The translations under genes and the position numbers were made by a program. Under the pieces are notes generated by a model. The model was not told where the DNA came from. It searched no databases and was given only the letters and a program-made list of their open reading frames with translations. From Acidimicrobiaceae bacterium (GTDB lineage: Bacteria; Actinomycetota; Acidimicrobiia; Acidimicrobiales; Bog-793): a DNA stretch of 64,000 bases. The stretch covers positions 4,519 to 68,518 of the forward strand of contig JAODBO010000062.1 in NCBI GenBank assembly GCA_025464005.1, given 5' to 3'. Below are positions 19,668-31,051 of this stretch, piece by piece; the stretch's first letter is position 1, and the number at the start of each line of letters is the position of its first letter.

Positions 19668-20815
19668 CGCACAGCACCTCCAGCGAGCTCGGTGGCTTTT
19701 CGGGCGGCCTCGAGCATCGTCGGCAGCGAGACGAGTCGGTCGGACTCGTGCGACGCGAGGATCGCGCGGCCCTCTTCGGCGTTGGTGCCGTCGAGGCGGA
19801 TGACGATCGGCGCCTCGATGTCGACGCGACCGAGCGCCTGGACGATGCCGTTGGCCACCTCTTCGCCTCGCGTGATCCCACCGAAGATGTTCACGAAGAT
19901 CGCCTTGACCTTCTCGTCGGTGCTGATCACCTCCAGGGCGTTCGCCATGACGTCCGCGTTGGCGCCGCCGCCGATGTCGAGGAAGTTCGCCGGCTCGCCG
20001 CCGACCTGCTCCACGACGTCGCACGTGCTCATGGCGAGGCCGGCGCCGTTCGCGATGATGCCGACGTAGCCGTCGAGCCCGACGTACTGGAGGCCCTTCT
20101 CCTTCGCGAGCCGCTCGCGGGGATCGAGCTCGTCGAGATTCGCCCAGTCGGCCCACTCCGGATGGCGGAACGCCGCGGAGTCGTCGAGGGTGACCTTCGC
20201 GTCGAGCGCGTGCACGCGTCCGTCCGGCGTGTAGATGAGCGGGTTGATCTCGACGAGGTCGGCGTCGCCCTCGACGTAGCACCGGTAGAGCTTTACGAGC
20301 ACGTCGACGACGCCGTCCTTTGCCTCGTCGTCGATGCCGGCCTCGTCCACGAGCGTCCGCGCCTGGGCCTCGGAGAAGCCGTCGAGGGGGTCGACGTAGC
20401 AACGGGCGATGGCGTCCGGGTCCTCCTCGGCGACCTGCTCGATCTCGACGCCGCCCTTCGCGGAGAGCATGCAGAGGTACTGCTTGGCGGAGCGGTCGAG
20501 CGTGAAGCTCGCGTAGTACTCCTTGTCGATGTCCGACGACGTCTCGATCCAGAGCCGCTTCACCACGTGGCCCTTGATGTCGAGTCCGAGGATGTTGCGC
20601 GCGTGGGTCTCGGCCTCGGCCTTGTCGAAGGCAAGCTTCACGCCGCCGGCCTTGCCGCGGCCACCCACCTGGACCTGTGCCTTGATGGTCACGGGGTAGC
20701 CGTACTTCTCCGCAGCGGCGACGGCCTCCTCCACCGTGTCGGCGGTCGCGCCAGGCGACATCGGGATGTCGAATCGGGCGAAGTACTGCTTGCCCTGGTA
20801 CTCGTAGAGATCCAC
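19664..20815 (-). CDS. sucC: Succinyl-CoA synthetase beta subunit
   Basis: MDLYEYQGK, KAQVQVGGRGKAGG, NGAGLAM, ANFLDIGGGA, NIFGGITR. Confidence 0.96.
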   Translation of the reverse strand: MDLYEYQGKQYFARFDIPMSPGATADTVEEAVAAAEKYGYPVTIKAQVQVGGRGKAGGVKLAFDKAEAETHARNILGLDIKGHVVKRLWIETSSDIDKEYYASFTLDRSAKQYLCMLSAKGGVEIEQVAEEDPDAIARCYVDPLDGFSEAQARTLVDEAGIDDEAKDGVVDVLVKLYRCYVEGDADLVEINPLIYTPDGRVHALDAKVTLDDSAAFRHPEWADWANLDELDPRERLAKEKGLQYVGLDGYVGIIANGAGLAMSTCDVVEQVGGEPANFLDIGGGANADVMANALEVISTDEKVKAIFVNIFGGITRGEEVANGIVQALGRVDIEAPIVIRLDGTNAEEGRAILASHESDRLVSLPTMLEAARKATELAGGAVR

Positions 20816-21020
20816 CGAGCACGGCCTCCTTGTCGTCGCCCATGGCTCGGAAAGACCGGCGCGTCTAGCGCTCGGGCCGGTGAGCCGGGGGTCGAGGCGA
20901 TACTAGGCAGGACACCGCCGGGCGGCCCAATCGCGCCATCCCGGGCAAAGCCCCGAGCTCCGGGGCAGCGTGGCCCTGAGCTGACGGCGTGTCGCACTGC
21001 CGCCTCGGGCGGCGCCGGTC

Positions 21021-23120
21021 TCAAACGCTGGCTGCGCTCCTCGCCGCGAGCTTCGACGCGCTCTTCGGGTCGAGCTTCGACGAGAGCTTCGCCACGAGAT
21101 GTCCCGGAAGCTCGGCGTAATGGTCGAAGGCCGCGACGAAGCTCCCCCGTCCGCCGGTCGCGGCGCGCAGGTCGACGCCGTAGTGAGCGAGCTCACTCGT
21201 CGGAACGAGCGCGACTATCCGCTGGCCACCGGTCTCGCCCGGCTCGTTCGACAGGACCCGGCCGCGCCGCGCGTTGAGGTCCCCGAGCACGTCGCCCTGG
21301 AGTCGGGCGGGCACGGTCACCTCGACGCGCGAGACCGGCTCGAGGGGCGCGGGGGACGCCTGCTCCACCGCGAGAGCGAATGCGAGCTGGGCAGCGAGCT
21401 CGAAGCTCGCCTCGGATGAGTCGACGGAGTGGGCCTTGCCGTCGTCGCAGGTCACCTTGACGTCGACGACGGGGAGCCCGTACGCGCCACCGTGCGCCAT
21501 CGCACGCCTGACGCCCTTCTCCACCGCCGGGACGAACTGGCGGGGGATCGCACCACCGACGATCTCGTCGACGAACTCGAGGCCCTCTCCCCGAGGGAGC
21601 GGCTCGACGCGCAGGTGCACCACGGCGAACTGGCCGTGGCCGCCCGTCTGCTTGCGGTGCCTCCCCTCGGCCTGCGCGCTCGCCGTCACCGTCTCCCGGT
21701 AGGGCACGCGCACCTCCTCGACCTCGACCTCGACGCCGCACTTGCGCCGCAGCCGCTCGAGTACGACTTGCAGGTGCATCTCGCCCATGCCGGCGACCAC
21801 CGTCTGGTGAGTCTCGTCGTCCCTGCGGACGAACAGGGCCCGGTCCTCCTGCTGGAGCTTGTGCAGGCCCTCCATCAGGTGGTCGTCGTCGCCGGTCGTT
21901 CGGGGGCGCACGGCGATCGCGTGGACGGGCGACGGCGCAGGTGGCGGGGAGACGACGACCGGGGTCGACCGAGGCGCGAGCGTGTCCCCCGCGTGCACGT
22001 CAGCCAGCTTCGGGACGGCGACGACGTCACCGGTGACCGCCTCGCCGACCGGTACGAGCTCCTTGCCACGGACGGTCTCGAGCACGTGGAGGTGCACGTC
22101 GGATCGCGTCGCCGTGTCGGTCAAGGTGATGTCGGGGCGAAGCGTGCCGGAGAGGACCTTGAGGAGGGTGATCTTGCCGACGAAGGGGTCGAGGACGGTC
22201 TTGAAGGCCTGGGCGAGTGGCTCGCCGGAGGCGTCGCCGTCGACCTCCACCGTCCGGTCCCCCGCTCGGGCCACCACGTGCCGGCGTGGGGGGACCTCGC
22301 AGGTCAGCTCGAGGAGGCGCTCGAGCCCGACGCCGGCGGTCGCCGAGCCACAGACGACGGGGAAGACGCGTCCCTCGCCCACACCGGTCGCGAGCAGCCG
22401 CTCCAGCTCCTCGTTCGACGGGATGTCGCCACCGAGGTAGCGCTCGGTCATCTGGTCGTCGGCGACGACGATGCCCTCGACGAGGTCGTCGTGCGCCTTG
22501 CGCTCGGCCGCGGCCATGTCGGCGGGCACGGGACCCGCCACTGGCCGCTCCCCGTCGTAGGTGAACGCCTCGTCCAGGAGGAGGTCGACGATGCCGCGTA
22601 GGCCGGACTCGCCGCCGATCGGCAGCTCGAGCGGCGCGACTTGGGGGCCGAACATCTCCCGCAACTGCTCGAGCGTCCGCTCATAGGCCGCCCGCTCGCG
22701 ATCGAGCTTGTTGACAAAGACGATCCGGGGTACCCCGGCGCGCTCCGCGAGCTGCCAGATCGCCTCGGTCTGCACCTCCACGCCGTCGACCGCGCTCACG
22801 ACGACGACTGCCACGTCCGCGACGGACAGAGCTAGCTCGACCTCGGGAAGGAAGTCGGCGAATCCGGGCGTGTCGAAGAGGTTGAGCTTGTACTCACCGA
22901 CGAGCACCGGCGCTATCGACGTCATGAGGGACGCGTGGTGCCGGAGCTCCTCCGGCTCGAAGTCGCAGACCGTCGTGCCGTCCTCGACCCGGCCGACCCG
23001 TCCGATCGTGCCCGTCGCGCGCAGCAACGCCTCCGCGAGGGTCGTCTTGCCCGAGCCGGTGTGGCCGACGAGAGCCACGTTGCGAATCCTTGCCGACGGG
23101 ACGCCGTGCACCAGTCGCAC
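21021..23120 (-). CDS. Elongation factor G paralogue (EF-G2/FusA2-like)
   Basis: GHTGSGKTT, DTPG, NKLD, GMGEMHL, KQTGGHGQF, HSVDSSE; canonical G2 RGITI replaced by HHASL. Confidence 0.88.
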   Translation of the reverse strand: MRLVHGVPSARIRNVALVGHTGSGKTTLAEALLRATGTIGRVGRVEDGTTVCDFEPEELRHHASLMTSIAPVLVGEYKLNLFDTPGFADFLPEVELALSVADVAVVVVSAVDGVEVQTEAIWQLAERAGVPRIVFVNKLDRERAAYERTLEQLREMFGPQVAPLELPIGGESGLRGIVDLLLDEAFTYDGERPVAGPVPADMAAAERKAHDDLVEGIVVADDQMTERYLGGDIPSNEELERLLATGVGEGRVFPVVCGSATAGVGLERLLELTCEVPPRRHVVARAGDRTVEVDGDASGEPLAQAFKTVLDPFVGKITLLKVLSGTLRPDITLTDTATRSDVHLHVLETVRGKELVPVGEAVTGDVVAVPKLADVHAGDTLAPRSTPVVVSPPPAPSPVHAIAVRPRTTGDDDHLMEGLHKLQQEDRALFVRRDDETHQTVVAGMGEMHLQVVLERLRRKCGVEVEVEEVRVPYRETVTASAQAEGRHRKQTGGHGQFAVVHLRVEPLPRGEGLEFVDEIVGGAIPRQFVPAVEKGVRRAMAHGGAYGLPVVDVKVTCDDGKAHSVDSSEASFELAAQLAFALAVEQASPAPLEPVSRVEVTVPARLQGDVLGDLNARRGRVLSNEPGETGGQRIVALVPTSELAHYGVDLRAATGGRGSFVAAFDHYAELPGHLVAKLSSKLDPKSASKLAARSAASV

Positions 23121-23221
23121 CTCGCTAACACGGGCGGCTCGCCCGTGACCGAGCGTAGCCCCGGCCGCCGTCGCTTGGGTAGGGACGGCGTGGCGATCCG
23201 GCTCGCCCGGCGGCTCTCGGC

Positions 23222-25459
23222 TCAGGCGCGCTTCATCGGGGTGAGTGCGAGCAGGAAGCGCTTCCGGCCGTGACGGTCGAACGCGACGAGTGCCTCTGCC
23301 TTGTCGCCCTCCCCGCTCGCCTCGACGACGACACCTTCACCCCATCTCGCGTGGACGACACGCTCGCCCGCTACCAACCCGAGAGATTCGGCACCGGTCG
23401 TCTTCACCGGTGAGACGCCAGCCGTGGCGGAACGGGCGAGCTGGCTCCTGGCGCCAGCACCAGATCCCTCGCGCCCGGCCATCCCGCCGAGGCGCGCCGT
23501 GGCGAATCCTGCCGAGAGCGCCCCGGAGACGTCGTCGAGGAGGTCGTCGGGGATCTCCTTCACGAAGCGACTCACCAGGCTGTCGCGGGTCATGCCGAAG
23601 ACGGTCCGCACGTAGGTGTTCGTCAGGTACAGCCGCTCGCGGGCACGCGTGATCCCGACGTACGCGAGCCGACGTTCCTCCTCGAGGTCGTCCGGCTCGG
23701 CGAGCGCACGGTCGTGAGGGAACAGTCCCTCCTCCATGCCGGTGAGGAACACGGCCCTGAACTCGAGCCCCTTCGCGGCGTGCAGGGTCATGAGCGTCAC
23801 CCGGCCGTCGACGTCGCCCAGGTCGTCGGTCGCCGCTACGAGGGCGGTGGTGGCGAGGAAGGTCTCGAGGTCCTCGAAGTGCGACGCGACGCTCACGAGC
23901 TCGTCGAGGTTGTCGAGGCGCGTCCCGGCCTCGTGCCCCCCGGCACCGGGGGCCGCGGCCTCGACCTCGAGGGCCGCCCGGTAGCCCGTCTCCTCGAGCA
24001 CCTGCTCGAAGATGTCCGCCGGCTCGCGCTCGGCAAGTGTCGCGATGCGCCCGAGGAGCTCCAGGAACGAATGGATCCCCTGCAGGGACTTTCCCGACAC
24101 GCCCGCCTCCTCGCCGCGCGCGAGCGCGTCGGCGAACGAGATCGCGCGACCGGCGGCGAACGAGACGACGCGGGAAGTCGTCGTGGCGCCGATGCCCCGC
24201 TTGGGGACGTTGAGGACTCGCCGCAGCGAGACCTCGTCGGTGGGGTTGGCGACGAGGCGCACGAACGCGAGCAGGTCGCGCACTTCACGCCGGTCGTAGA
24301 AGCGGGGGCCACCGACCACCTGGTAAGGCAGCCCTCGGTCCACGAGCGCCTGCTCTATGGCGCGGCTCTGCGCGTTGGTCCGGTAGAACACGGCGATCTC
24401 GTCGAGCGGCACCGAATGGTTGCGCCTGAGCGTCGCGATCTCGTCTGCCACGAACGTCGCCTCGTCCCGCTCGTCGCCCGCCCGGTAGCGACGGATCTTC
24501 TCGCCAGGGCCGAGCGCGCTCCACAGTGCCTTCTCCTGGCGCAGGATGTTGTTGCCGATCACGGCGTTCGCGGCATCGAGGATGGTCTGGGTGGAGCGAT
24601 AGTTCTGGTCGAGGACGATCGTGCGGGCCTCGGGGAACGCGTGGGCGAAGTCGAGCAGGTTGCGCACCTCGGCGCCGCGGAAGCGGTAGATGCTCTGGTC
24701 CGAGTCCCCGACGACGCACACGTTGCGATGCAGCCGGCCGATCATCGTCACGAGCTCGTTCTGGGCCCGGTTCGTGTCCTGGTACTCGTCGACGAGCAGG
24801 TGCGTGAACCGCTCCTGGTAGTACTCGAGCACCTCCGGGTCGTCGCGCAACAGCCGGACTGCGACGCCGAGGAGGTCGTCGAAGTCCATGGCGTTGGCGA
24901 GCTTGAGTCGACGCTCGTACTCGGCGAAGGCCTCGGCGATCCGTCGCTCGTAGACCGTGTAGGCCCGCGCCGCGTAGCCCGACGCGTCGAGCAGGTCCGA
25001 CTTGGCCTGGCTGATCGCCCCGAGGACGGCGCGGGGGGGGAAGCGCTTCGTGTCGAGGCCGAGGTCGTCGAGGACGTGTTCGACGAGGCGCCGCGAGTCG
25101 CCGTCGTCGTAGATGGAGAAGCCGGGCCGGTAGCCGGCGCGCGCAGGATCGCGCCGGAGGATACGGACGCATGCGGCGTGGAACGTCGAGATCCACATCC
25201 GGTTGGCTTGCTCGCCCACGAGCTCGACAACCCGGCGGCGCATCTCGTCCGCGGCCTTGTTCGTGAAGGTGATGGCGAGGATGCGTGACGGCTGGACTCC
25301 CGAGGCGAGCAGGCGTGCGATCCGTCTCGTGAGCACCCGCGTCTTGCCCGAGCCCGCGCCGGCGACGACGACGAGCGGTCCGGAGCCGTGCTCGACGGCT
25401 TCGCGCTGGGACGGGTTGAGGCCTTCGAGGAGCTCGTCGGGGTCGGCGACCGGCGTCAC
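23222..25459 (-). CDS. pcrA: ATP-dependent DNA helicase PcrA/UvrD
   Basis: [60 protein letters not shown]-terminal HARWGEG Tudor-like domain; GTGA overlap with guaA. Confidence 0.95.
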   Translation of the reverse strand: MTPVADPDELLEGLNPSQREAVEHGSGPLVVVAGAGSGKTRVLTRRIARLLASGVQPSRILAITFTNKAADEMRRRVVELVGEQANRMWISTFHAACVRILRRDPARAGYRPGFSIYDDGDSRRLVEHVLDDLGLDTKRFPPRAVLGAISQAKSDLLDASGYAARAYTVYERRIAEAFAEYERRLKLANAMDFDDLLGVAVRLLRDDPEVLEYYQERFTHLLVDEYQDTNRAQNELVTMIGRLHRNVCVVGDSDQSIYRFRGAEVRNLLDFAHAFPEARTIVLDQNYRSTQTILDAANAVIGNNILRQEKALWSALGPGEKIRRYRAGDERDEATFVADEIATLRRNHSVPLDEIAVFYRTNAQSRAIEQALVDRGLPYQVVGGPRFYDRREVRDLLAFVRLVANPTDEVSLRRVLNVPKRGIGATTTSRVVSFAAGRAISFADALARGEEAGVSGKSLQGIHSFLELLGRIATLAEREPADIFEQVLEETGYRAALEVEAAAPGAGGHEAGTRLDNLDELVSVASHFEDLETFLATTALVAATDDLGDVDGRVTLMTLHAAKGLEFRAVFLTGMEEGLFPHDRALAEPDDLEEERRLAYVGITRARERLYLTNTYVRTVFGMTRDSLVSRFVKEIPDDLLDDVSGALSAGFATARLGGMAGREGSGAGARSQLARSATAGVSPVKTTGAESLGLVAGERVVHARWGEGVVVEASGEGDKAEALVAFDRHGRKRFLLALTPMKRA

Positions 25460-27099
25460 TCCCACTCGATCGTGCCGGGCGGCTTCGACGTGACGTCGTA
25501 CGCGACCCGGTTGACGCCAGGCACCTCGTTGATGATCCGCACCGACAGGCGATCCAGCAACTCGTAGGGCAGGCGTGCCCAGTCGGCGGTCATCGCGTCC
25601 TCGCTCGTCACCGCGCGCACGACGATCGGGTAGGCATACGTCCGCTCGTCCCCCATCACCCCGACCGAGCGCACCGCCGGCAGGACGGCGAAGGCCTGCC
25701 ACAGCTCCCGGTCGAGACCGGCCCGGCGCACCTCGTCGAGCACGATGGCGTCCGCGGCCCGCAGGATCTCGACTCGCTCCCGGGTGACGTCGCCCACGAC
25801 CCGGACCGCAAGACCGGGCCCCGGGAAGGGCTGGCGCCAGACGATCTCCTCGGGCAGGCCGAGCTCCTCGCCGACGGCGCGCACCTCGTCCTTGAACAGA
25901 AGCCGGAGCGGCTCGACGAGGTCGAGGTCCATCTCCTCGGGAAGACCACCGACGTTGTGGTGGGACTTGATCGTCGCCGCGTCCGCGGTCCCGGACTCGA
26001 CGACGTCCGGGTAGAGCGTGCCCTGGGCGAGGTAGGCGACGTCGGTCAGCTCCTTCGCGACCTCCTCGAAGATGCGGATGAACAGCTCGCCGATCCGCTT
26101 GCGCTTCTGCTCAGGGTCCTCGACGCCTTCGAGTGCCGAGAAGAACCTGTCGGCGGCCTTCACGTGGACGAGGTCCACCTGGAACTGCCGTCGGAAGGTC
26201 TCCTCGACCTGCTCCGCCTCGCCGGCGCGCATAAGGCCTGTGTCGACGAACACGCAGGTGAGCTGGTCTCCAACGGCCTTGCGCACGAGAGCGGCCGTCA
26301 CGGCCGAGTCGACGCCGCCCGACAAGGCGCACAACACCCGGCCGTCGCCGACCTGGGCGCGCACCGCCGCCACCGCCGTCTCGATGACCGACGTGTGGGT
26401 CCAAGCCGGCCGACATCCGCACACGTCGTGCAGGAACCTCTTGAGCAGCTCCTGGCCGCGCACCGTGTGGGCGACCTCGGGATGGAACTGCACCCCGGCG
26501 AAGCCGCGCTCGGCGTCCTCGAAGCCGGCGACCGGGGCGCCGGGGGCCGAGGCCGTGACGGCGAAGCCCGGCGGCGCGGCGACGATCGAGTCGCCGTGGC
26601 TCATCCAGACCTCCGAGGGGCTGTGCCAACCCTCGAACAGGCGCGACGGCGCGAGGAGCGTCAGCGGCGTTCTGCCGTACTCGCCGGTGCCCGTGTGGGC
26701 GACCTCGCCGCCGAGCGCCTGGCTGAGGAGCTGGGCTCCGTAACAGATGCCGAGGATCGGCACGCCAGCCTCGTAGATCGCGGGATCGACGTGCGGTGCG
26801 CGGTCGGCGTAGACGGACTTCGGGCCGCCCGAGAGGATGATCCCCTTCGGATTGCGTGCCAGCATCTCGCTGACCGGCATCGAGTGGGGAACGATCTCGG
26901 AGTAGACGTGCGCCTCGCGCACGCGGCGCGCGATCAGCTGCGCGTACTGCGCACCGAAATCGACCACGAGCACCGTGTCGAACTGGCTGGTGTCGAACTG
27001 TCCGGCGAGAAAGCGCGACCCACCGGGCTCGACATCGGGGCCGGCCGCGTCGGCCAGTCCGTCGCTCGCTGGACTGCCGGGACCGGGGGGGCTGACCAC
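25456..27099 (-). CDS. guaA: GMP synthase (glutamine-hydrolysing)
   Basis: [39 protein letters not shown]; start at the TAGTG overlap is inferred. Confidence 0.95.
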   Translation of the reverse strand: MVSPPGPGSPASDGLADAAGPDVEPGGSRFLAGQFDTSQFDTVLVVDFGAQYAQLIARRVREAHVYSEIVPHSMPVSEMLARNPKGIILSGGPKSVYADRAPHVDPAIYEAGVPILGICYGAQLLSQALGGEVAHTGTGEYGRTPLTLLAPSRLFEGWHSPSEVWMSHGDSIVAAPPGFAVTASAPGAPVAGFEDAERGFAGVQFHPEVAHTVRGQELLKRFLHDVCGCRPAWTHTSVIETAVAAVRAQVGDGRVLCALSGGVDSAVTAALVRKAVGDQLTCVFVDTGLMRAGEAEQVEETFRRQFQVDLVHVKAADRFFSALEGVEDPEQKRKRIGELFIRIFEEVAKELTDVAYLAQGTLYPDVVESGTADAATIKSHHNVGGLPEEMDLDLVEPLRLLFKDEVRAVGEELGLPEEIVWRQPFPGPGLAVRVVGDVTRERVEILRAADAIVLDEVRRAGLDRELWQAFAVLPAVRSVGVMGDERTYAYPIVVRAVTSEDAMTADWARLPYELLDRLSVRIINEVPGVNRVAYDVTSKPPGTIEWE

Positions 27100-29714
27100 T
27101 AGTCGAGGGTACCAGCGGCAGCCGCTCGCGGTGACCGGCCGGCACGTCCGCGACGCCGACCCACCGCGAGCAGCGCCGCCCACACCACGAAGCCGAGCAG
27201 TGCCACGAGGGCGAGCAGGATCCCCTCGGTGAAGCGCTTCGGCCAGTAGTGGAGCACCACGGTGTGCGTGCCCGCCGGCACCTCGACGCTCAACAGCCCG
27301 CCGTCGTACCGCTCGACGGGGACGCTCTTGCCGTCGGCGGTCGCGTGCCAGCCGGTGACGTCGGTGATCCGGACAGCGAGCTTCGCCGCGTGGGTGACGC
27401 GGACGTTGACGACGTAGCGGGCGTCGCCCGGGTGGGTGACCGAGGTGACCGTCGCCGCGGGCGCGCTCCCGCTGGCGGTGCCGGCCGCGCCATTGGCACT
27501 GGCATTGGCGACGAAGGAGAACTGCGAGGCCCCCGGCACCGCGTACAGCTGCTCACCGGCCGCAGTCGCGACGAGCCGCATCCCCACCGGCGGCTTGTCG
27601 CCCTTGCGCGGCAGGTAGAGGACGTAGGACACGCCATAACGGCGGGCGAGCGCGACGGTGTCGATAGCCGGCGCGAAGAGGTTGAGGTTGATCGGGGTCA
27701 CCTGCTCGGCGTTCGGCACGGGCCACGCGTCGAAGAACGCCTGGGGGATCGTCGGGTCGTGCATGGCGAGCTCGTCGACGCCGTAGCCGATGTTCATCTC
27801 CGGGTAGAAGCCGGCACCGGTCCAGAAGCGCACTCCGCAGAACGGACCGTTGTGCGGGGTCGTCGGGTTGCAATCCGTGTTCTCGCCGTCGAGGCCGAGG
27901 AGCTTCGTCCCGACGACCTGCTGCACGGTCGCGGCCGCCGGGGTGACCGGGAAGGCGTCGTGGGAGTAGCTGTTGAGCCCGACGCCGGCGAACAACAAGA
28001 AGGAGCTCTGGGCGGCGAGCAGCGTGAGCGCCCCGGCACGTGCGAGGCCGGGCGCTTTGTGCTCGCCGCGCTTTCGCAGAGCCCACGCGGCCCCGACGAG
28101 GACGAGCACGAGAACGATCGACGCGGTCGGCCAGATCAGGCTCGAGCGCCGCAGCGACTCGAGGGTGGCGATGGTCGGGGGGTTCGTCGGAGGGTTGGGG
28201 GTCGGGATAAGCCGGGCCGTTCCCACCTTCTCCCACAAGGCGGCGAGCACGACGGCCACGGCGAGGGAAGAGGCGAGCAATGCCAGACGCACCGACACCA
28301 TCCGCCAGCGCCGGATGACGATCTCGAGGCCGAGCCCGGCGAGGATCGCGACGACGAGCTCGAACACCGACTGCATCCGCTGCAGCGCCACGGCGCTCAG
28401 CCCGAGCTTGCTGAGCAGCTTCTGGACCGGAGCGCCGGAGCCGAGCTGATAGATGACGAGGAAACCGACGACCGCCGAGACGAAGAGCCCGACGACGGCA
28501 GGCCGGCGCCATGCGACGAGAACGGCCACGGCTGCGAGCACGATGGCGATCACGCCGACATACGCGGCGGTCTCGTAGTAGTTGACCTCGCCGAACCAGT
28601 AGCTGCCTTTGGTCGGCAGCCCGAAGAATCCCTGGGCGAAGAGAAGCGTCGCCAGATGCAGCGGGATGCCGGTGGCGGCGTTCTTGCCGTTGCGGGCGGA
28701 TCCGGAGATCAAGGAGACGCCCGGGAGCAGGAGCGGCGCGGCGAGCGCGCCCCCGGCGACGATGCCGATGCCGATGCGTGCCACACCGATGGCGCCGACC
28801 CGGCGCCGCGCTGCGAGGGTGACGGCGCCGGTCACGAGCAGCACGACTCCGAGCCCGATCGCGAGCAGCACGTACGACTCGGGAAACCCGGCGTAGAGCG
28901 AGAACGCCACGGTCACTGCGAGCAGTAGGACGTGGCGCACCAGACCGCGCGACCTATAGGCGAGCACCGCGGCGGCGAGGATCCAGCCACCCCACGCGAT
29001 CGGCCCGTCGACCGACCAGCCGAGCCACCCGGCGAAGGCGCCCGACAGCATGAACGTCGTACCCGCGAACGCTCCGGCGAGCGGCCCGGTGCCGAGCACC
29101 CGACAGCAGAGGTACACACCGGTTCCTGCGATGAAGAGCTTCGCGGCGACGGTCACGAGGAAGCTCGCCGACAAGGGCGCGAGGTAGCCGATGATCGTCG
29201 GCAGAGAGAGTGGCGCCGACTCGAAGTTGAACATCTGGGGCAGCCCGGTGCCCGACAGGCTGTTCCACAGCGGCAGCTCGCCGTGGTGGACGATCCTCCA
29301 GTCGAGCGTGTTCCAGGGCACGCCCTGGGTGATCGTGTCGCCGTTGATGGCGTTGTGGTTGATCGGGATGGGAAGGATGTGCGTGAGCAGCGAGAGGCCG
29401 CGTCCGAGGTCGGCCGGGCCGAAGGCCGCCCCGTCCTTCAGCGCGGGAGCGAGGTAGAAGATCACGAACAGTGCGATCCACGCGACCGCTAGGACGTCGC
29501 CGAGGCGACTCCAACTGCGCCAACGAAGGACGAGACCGCCCCCGAATCGTGCCTGAAGCGGATCGGGCTCGACGGGGTTGGCGTCATCTCCCCTGCCGAT
29601 CTCTCCCCCGCCGGAGTCGGCAAGGTCGGAGTCGGCCAGGTCGGGGGCGACCCGGCCAGGCGCGGCCAGATCCGGCACGGCCTGCCCGGGGCCGACCAGA
29701 TCGGGGCCGGTCAT
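27099..29714 (-). CDS. Large polytopic membrane protein, YfhO-like (putative GT-C glycosyltransferase); start uncertain
   Basis: Early loop [15 protein letters not shown], about 12-14 TM segments, C-terminal [11 protein letters not shown]...[16 protein letters not shown] followed by a TM helix, as in YfhO. Confidence 0.75.
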   Translation of the reverse strand: MTGPDLVGPGQAVPDLAAPGRVAPDLADSDLADSGGGEIGRGDDANPVEPDPLQARFGGGLVLRWRSWSRLGDVLAVAWIALFVIFYLAPALKDGAAFGPADLGRGLSLLTHILPIPINHNAINGDTITQGVPWNTLDWRIVHHGELPLWNSLSGTGLPQMFNFESAPLSLPTIIGYLAPLSASFLVTVAAKLFIAGTGVYLCCRVLGTGPLAGAFAGTTFMLSGAFAGWLGWSVDGPIAWGGWILAAAVLAYRSRGLVRHVLLLAVTVAFSLYAGFPESYVLLAIGLGVVLLVTGAVTLAARRRVGAIGVARIGIGIVAGGALAAPLLLPGVSLISGSARNGKNAATGIPLHLATLLFAQGFFGLPTKGSYWFGEVNYYETAAYVGVIAIVLAAVAVLVAWRRPAVVGLFVSAVVGFLVIYQLGSGAPVQKLLSKLGLSAVALQRMQSVFELVVAILAGLGLEIVIRRWRMVSVRLALLASSLAVAVVLAALWEKVGTARLIPTPNPPTNPPTIATLESLRRSSLIWPTASIVLVLVLVGAAWALRKRGEHKAPGLARAGALTLLAAQSSFLLFAGVGLNSYSHDAFPVTPAAATVQQVVGTKLLGLDGENTDCNPTTPHNGPFCGVRFWTGAGFYPEMNIGYGVDELAMHDPTIPQAFFDAWPVPNAEQVTPINLNLFAPAIDTVALARRYGVSYVLYLPRKGDKPPVGMRLVATAAGEQLYAVPGASQFSFVANASANGAAGTASGSAPAATVTSVTHPGDARYVVNVRVTHAAKLAVRITDVTGWHATADGKSVPVERYDGGLLSVEVPAGTHTVVLHYWPKRFTEGILLALVALLGFVVWAALLAVGRRRGRAGRSPRAAAAGTLD

Positions 29715-29784
29715 ATCCGGGCCGGCTCCGGCGAGCCCACGCGCCCCGGCAGTCTTGTTCCCCACCGCTTGCCCAACTCGGGAA

Positions 29785-30945
29785 TCAGCTTCCCCGACCG
29801 GCCGGCTCCGCAGGGCGGACGCGGTCGCCGAGCAAGGAGAGCGGGGCGACCATGACCTCGGCCTTGTGGAACTCCCGCACCGTCGCGTAGCCGCAGCTCG
29901 CCATCGCACTACGGACGGCTCCGAACAGGTTCGTGCGACCGCCGTCGTCGTGGCCGGGACCGACCAGGATCTCCTCGAGGGAGCCCCGCCGCTCGATCTC
30001 CACCCGCGTACCGCGCGGGAGCGACGGGTGCTGGGCCGCCGCTCCCCAGTTGAACCCCCCGGCCGGCGCCTCGTCGGCCGCGGCGAGCGGCGAGCCGACC
30101 ATGACCGCGTCCGCTCCGCACGCGATTGCCTTGGCGATGTCGCCGCCGCTCGCGAATCGCCCGTCGGCGATCACCTGGACATATACACCGGTCTCCTCGA
30201 GGTGGCGCGTGCGCGCCCCTGCGCCATCCGCGATGGCGGTCGCGAGGGGAGAGCCGATCCCGAGCACGTCGCGCGTCGCGCATGCGTCCGACGAGCCCAC
30301 GCCGACGAGAACGCCGACCGCTCCCGTCCGCATGAGGTGGAGCGCTGCTTGGTATGAGGCGCAGCCGCCAACGACCACAGGGATGTCGAGCTGCCGGATG
30401 AACCGCTTGAGATCGAGCGGCTCGGCGCCTTTCGACACATGCTCGGCCGAGACCGCCGTTCCCTGGATGACGAGCACCTCGAGCTCGGCCTCGAGCAGCA
30501 CGTCGGCGATGGAAGCCGCCCGCTGCGGAGTGACCGCACCGCAGGACACGATGCCGGCGTCTCGCATGGCGCCGATCTGAGCCCTGACCAGCTCGGGTTG
30601 AACGGGCTGCGCGTAGAGCTCCTGAAGTCGGAGGGTGACCACCCCGGGCTCGAGCTTGCCGATCTCGGCGAGCAGCGGGCTCGGATCCTCGTACCGGGTC
30701 CACAGCCCGTCGAGATTGAGAACCGCGAGGCCCCCCAGCCGGCCGATCTCGATCGCCGTCGCCGGGCTGACGACGCCGTCGGTCGGCGCGGCCATCAGCG
30801 GGAGCGCGAAGTCGAACGCGTCCAGCCGCCAGGAGAGGTCGACGTCCTCGGCGTCACGGGTACGCCGGGAGGGGACGATGACGATGTCCTCCAAAGCGTA
30901 ACCCTGCCGCCCTGACTTGCCTATCCCGATCTCGACCTCTGCCAC
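29785..30945 (-). CDS. guaB3: GuaB3-family IMP dehydrogenase-related protein
   Basis: MAEVEIGIGKSGR, IVPSRRTRD, LNLDGLWTRYEDP, VIQGTAVSAEHVS, LHLMRTGA, ADGRFASGGDIAKAIACGADAVM; no CBS pair. Confidence 0.9.
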   Translation of the reverse strand: MAEVEIGIGKSGRQGYALEDIVIVPSRRTRDAEDVDLSWRLDAFDFALPLMAAPTDGVVSPATAIEIGRLGGLAVLNLDGLWTRYEDPSPLLAEIGKLEPGVVTLRLQELYAQPVQPELVRAQIGAMRDAGIVSCGAVTPQRAASIADVLLEAELEVLVIQGTAVSAEHVSKGAEPLDLKRFIRQLDIPVVVGGCASYQAALHLMRTGAVGVLVGVGSSDACATRDVLGIGSPLATAIADGAGARTRHLEETGVYVQVIADGRFASGGDIAKAIACGADAVMVGSPLAAADEAPAGGFNWGAAAQHPSLPRGTRVEIERRGSLEEILVGPGHDDGGRTNLFGAVRSAMASCGYATVREFHKAEVMVAPLSLLGDRVRPAEPAGRGS

Positions 30946-31051
30946 GCGCTCTCCCTCGGGCCCAAGTGCCGGATCAGGCTACCTCGCCACCCGGTCCGGA
31001 CCAGGGTCCCCGCTACCCGCGGGCGCGGGGGCTCCGACGGATCTCGGGACG

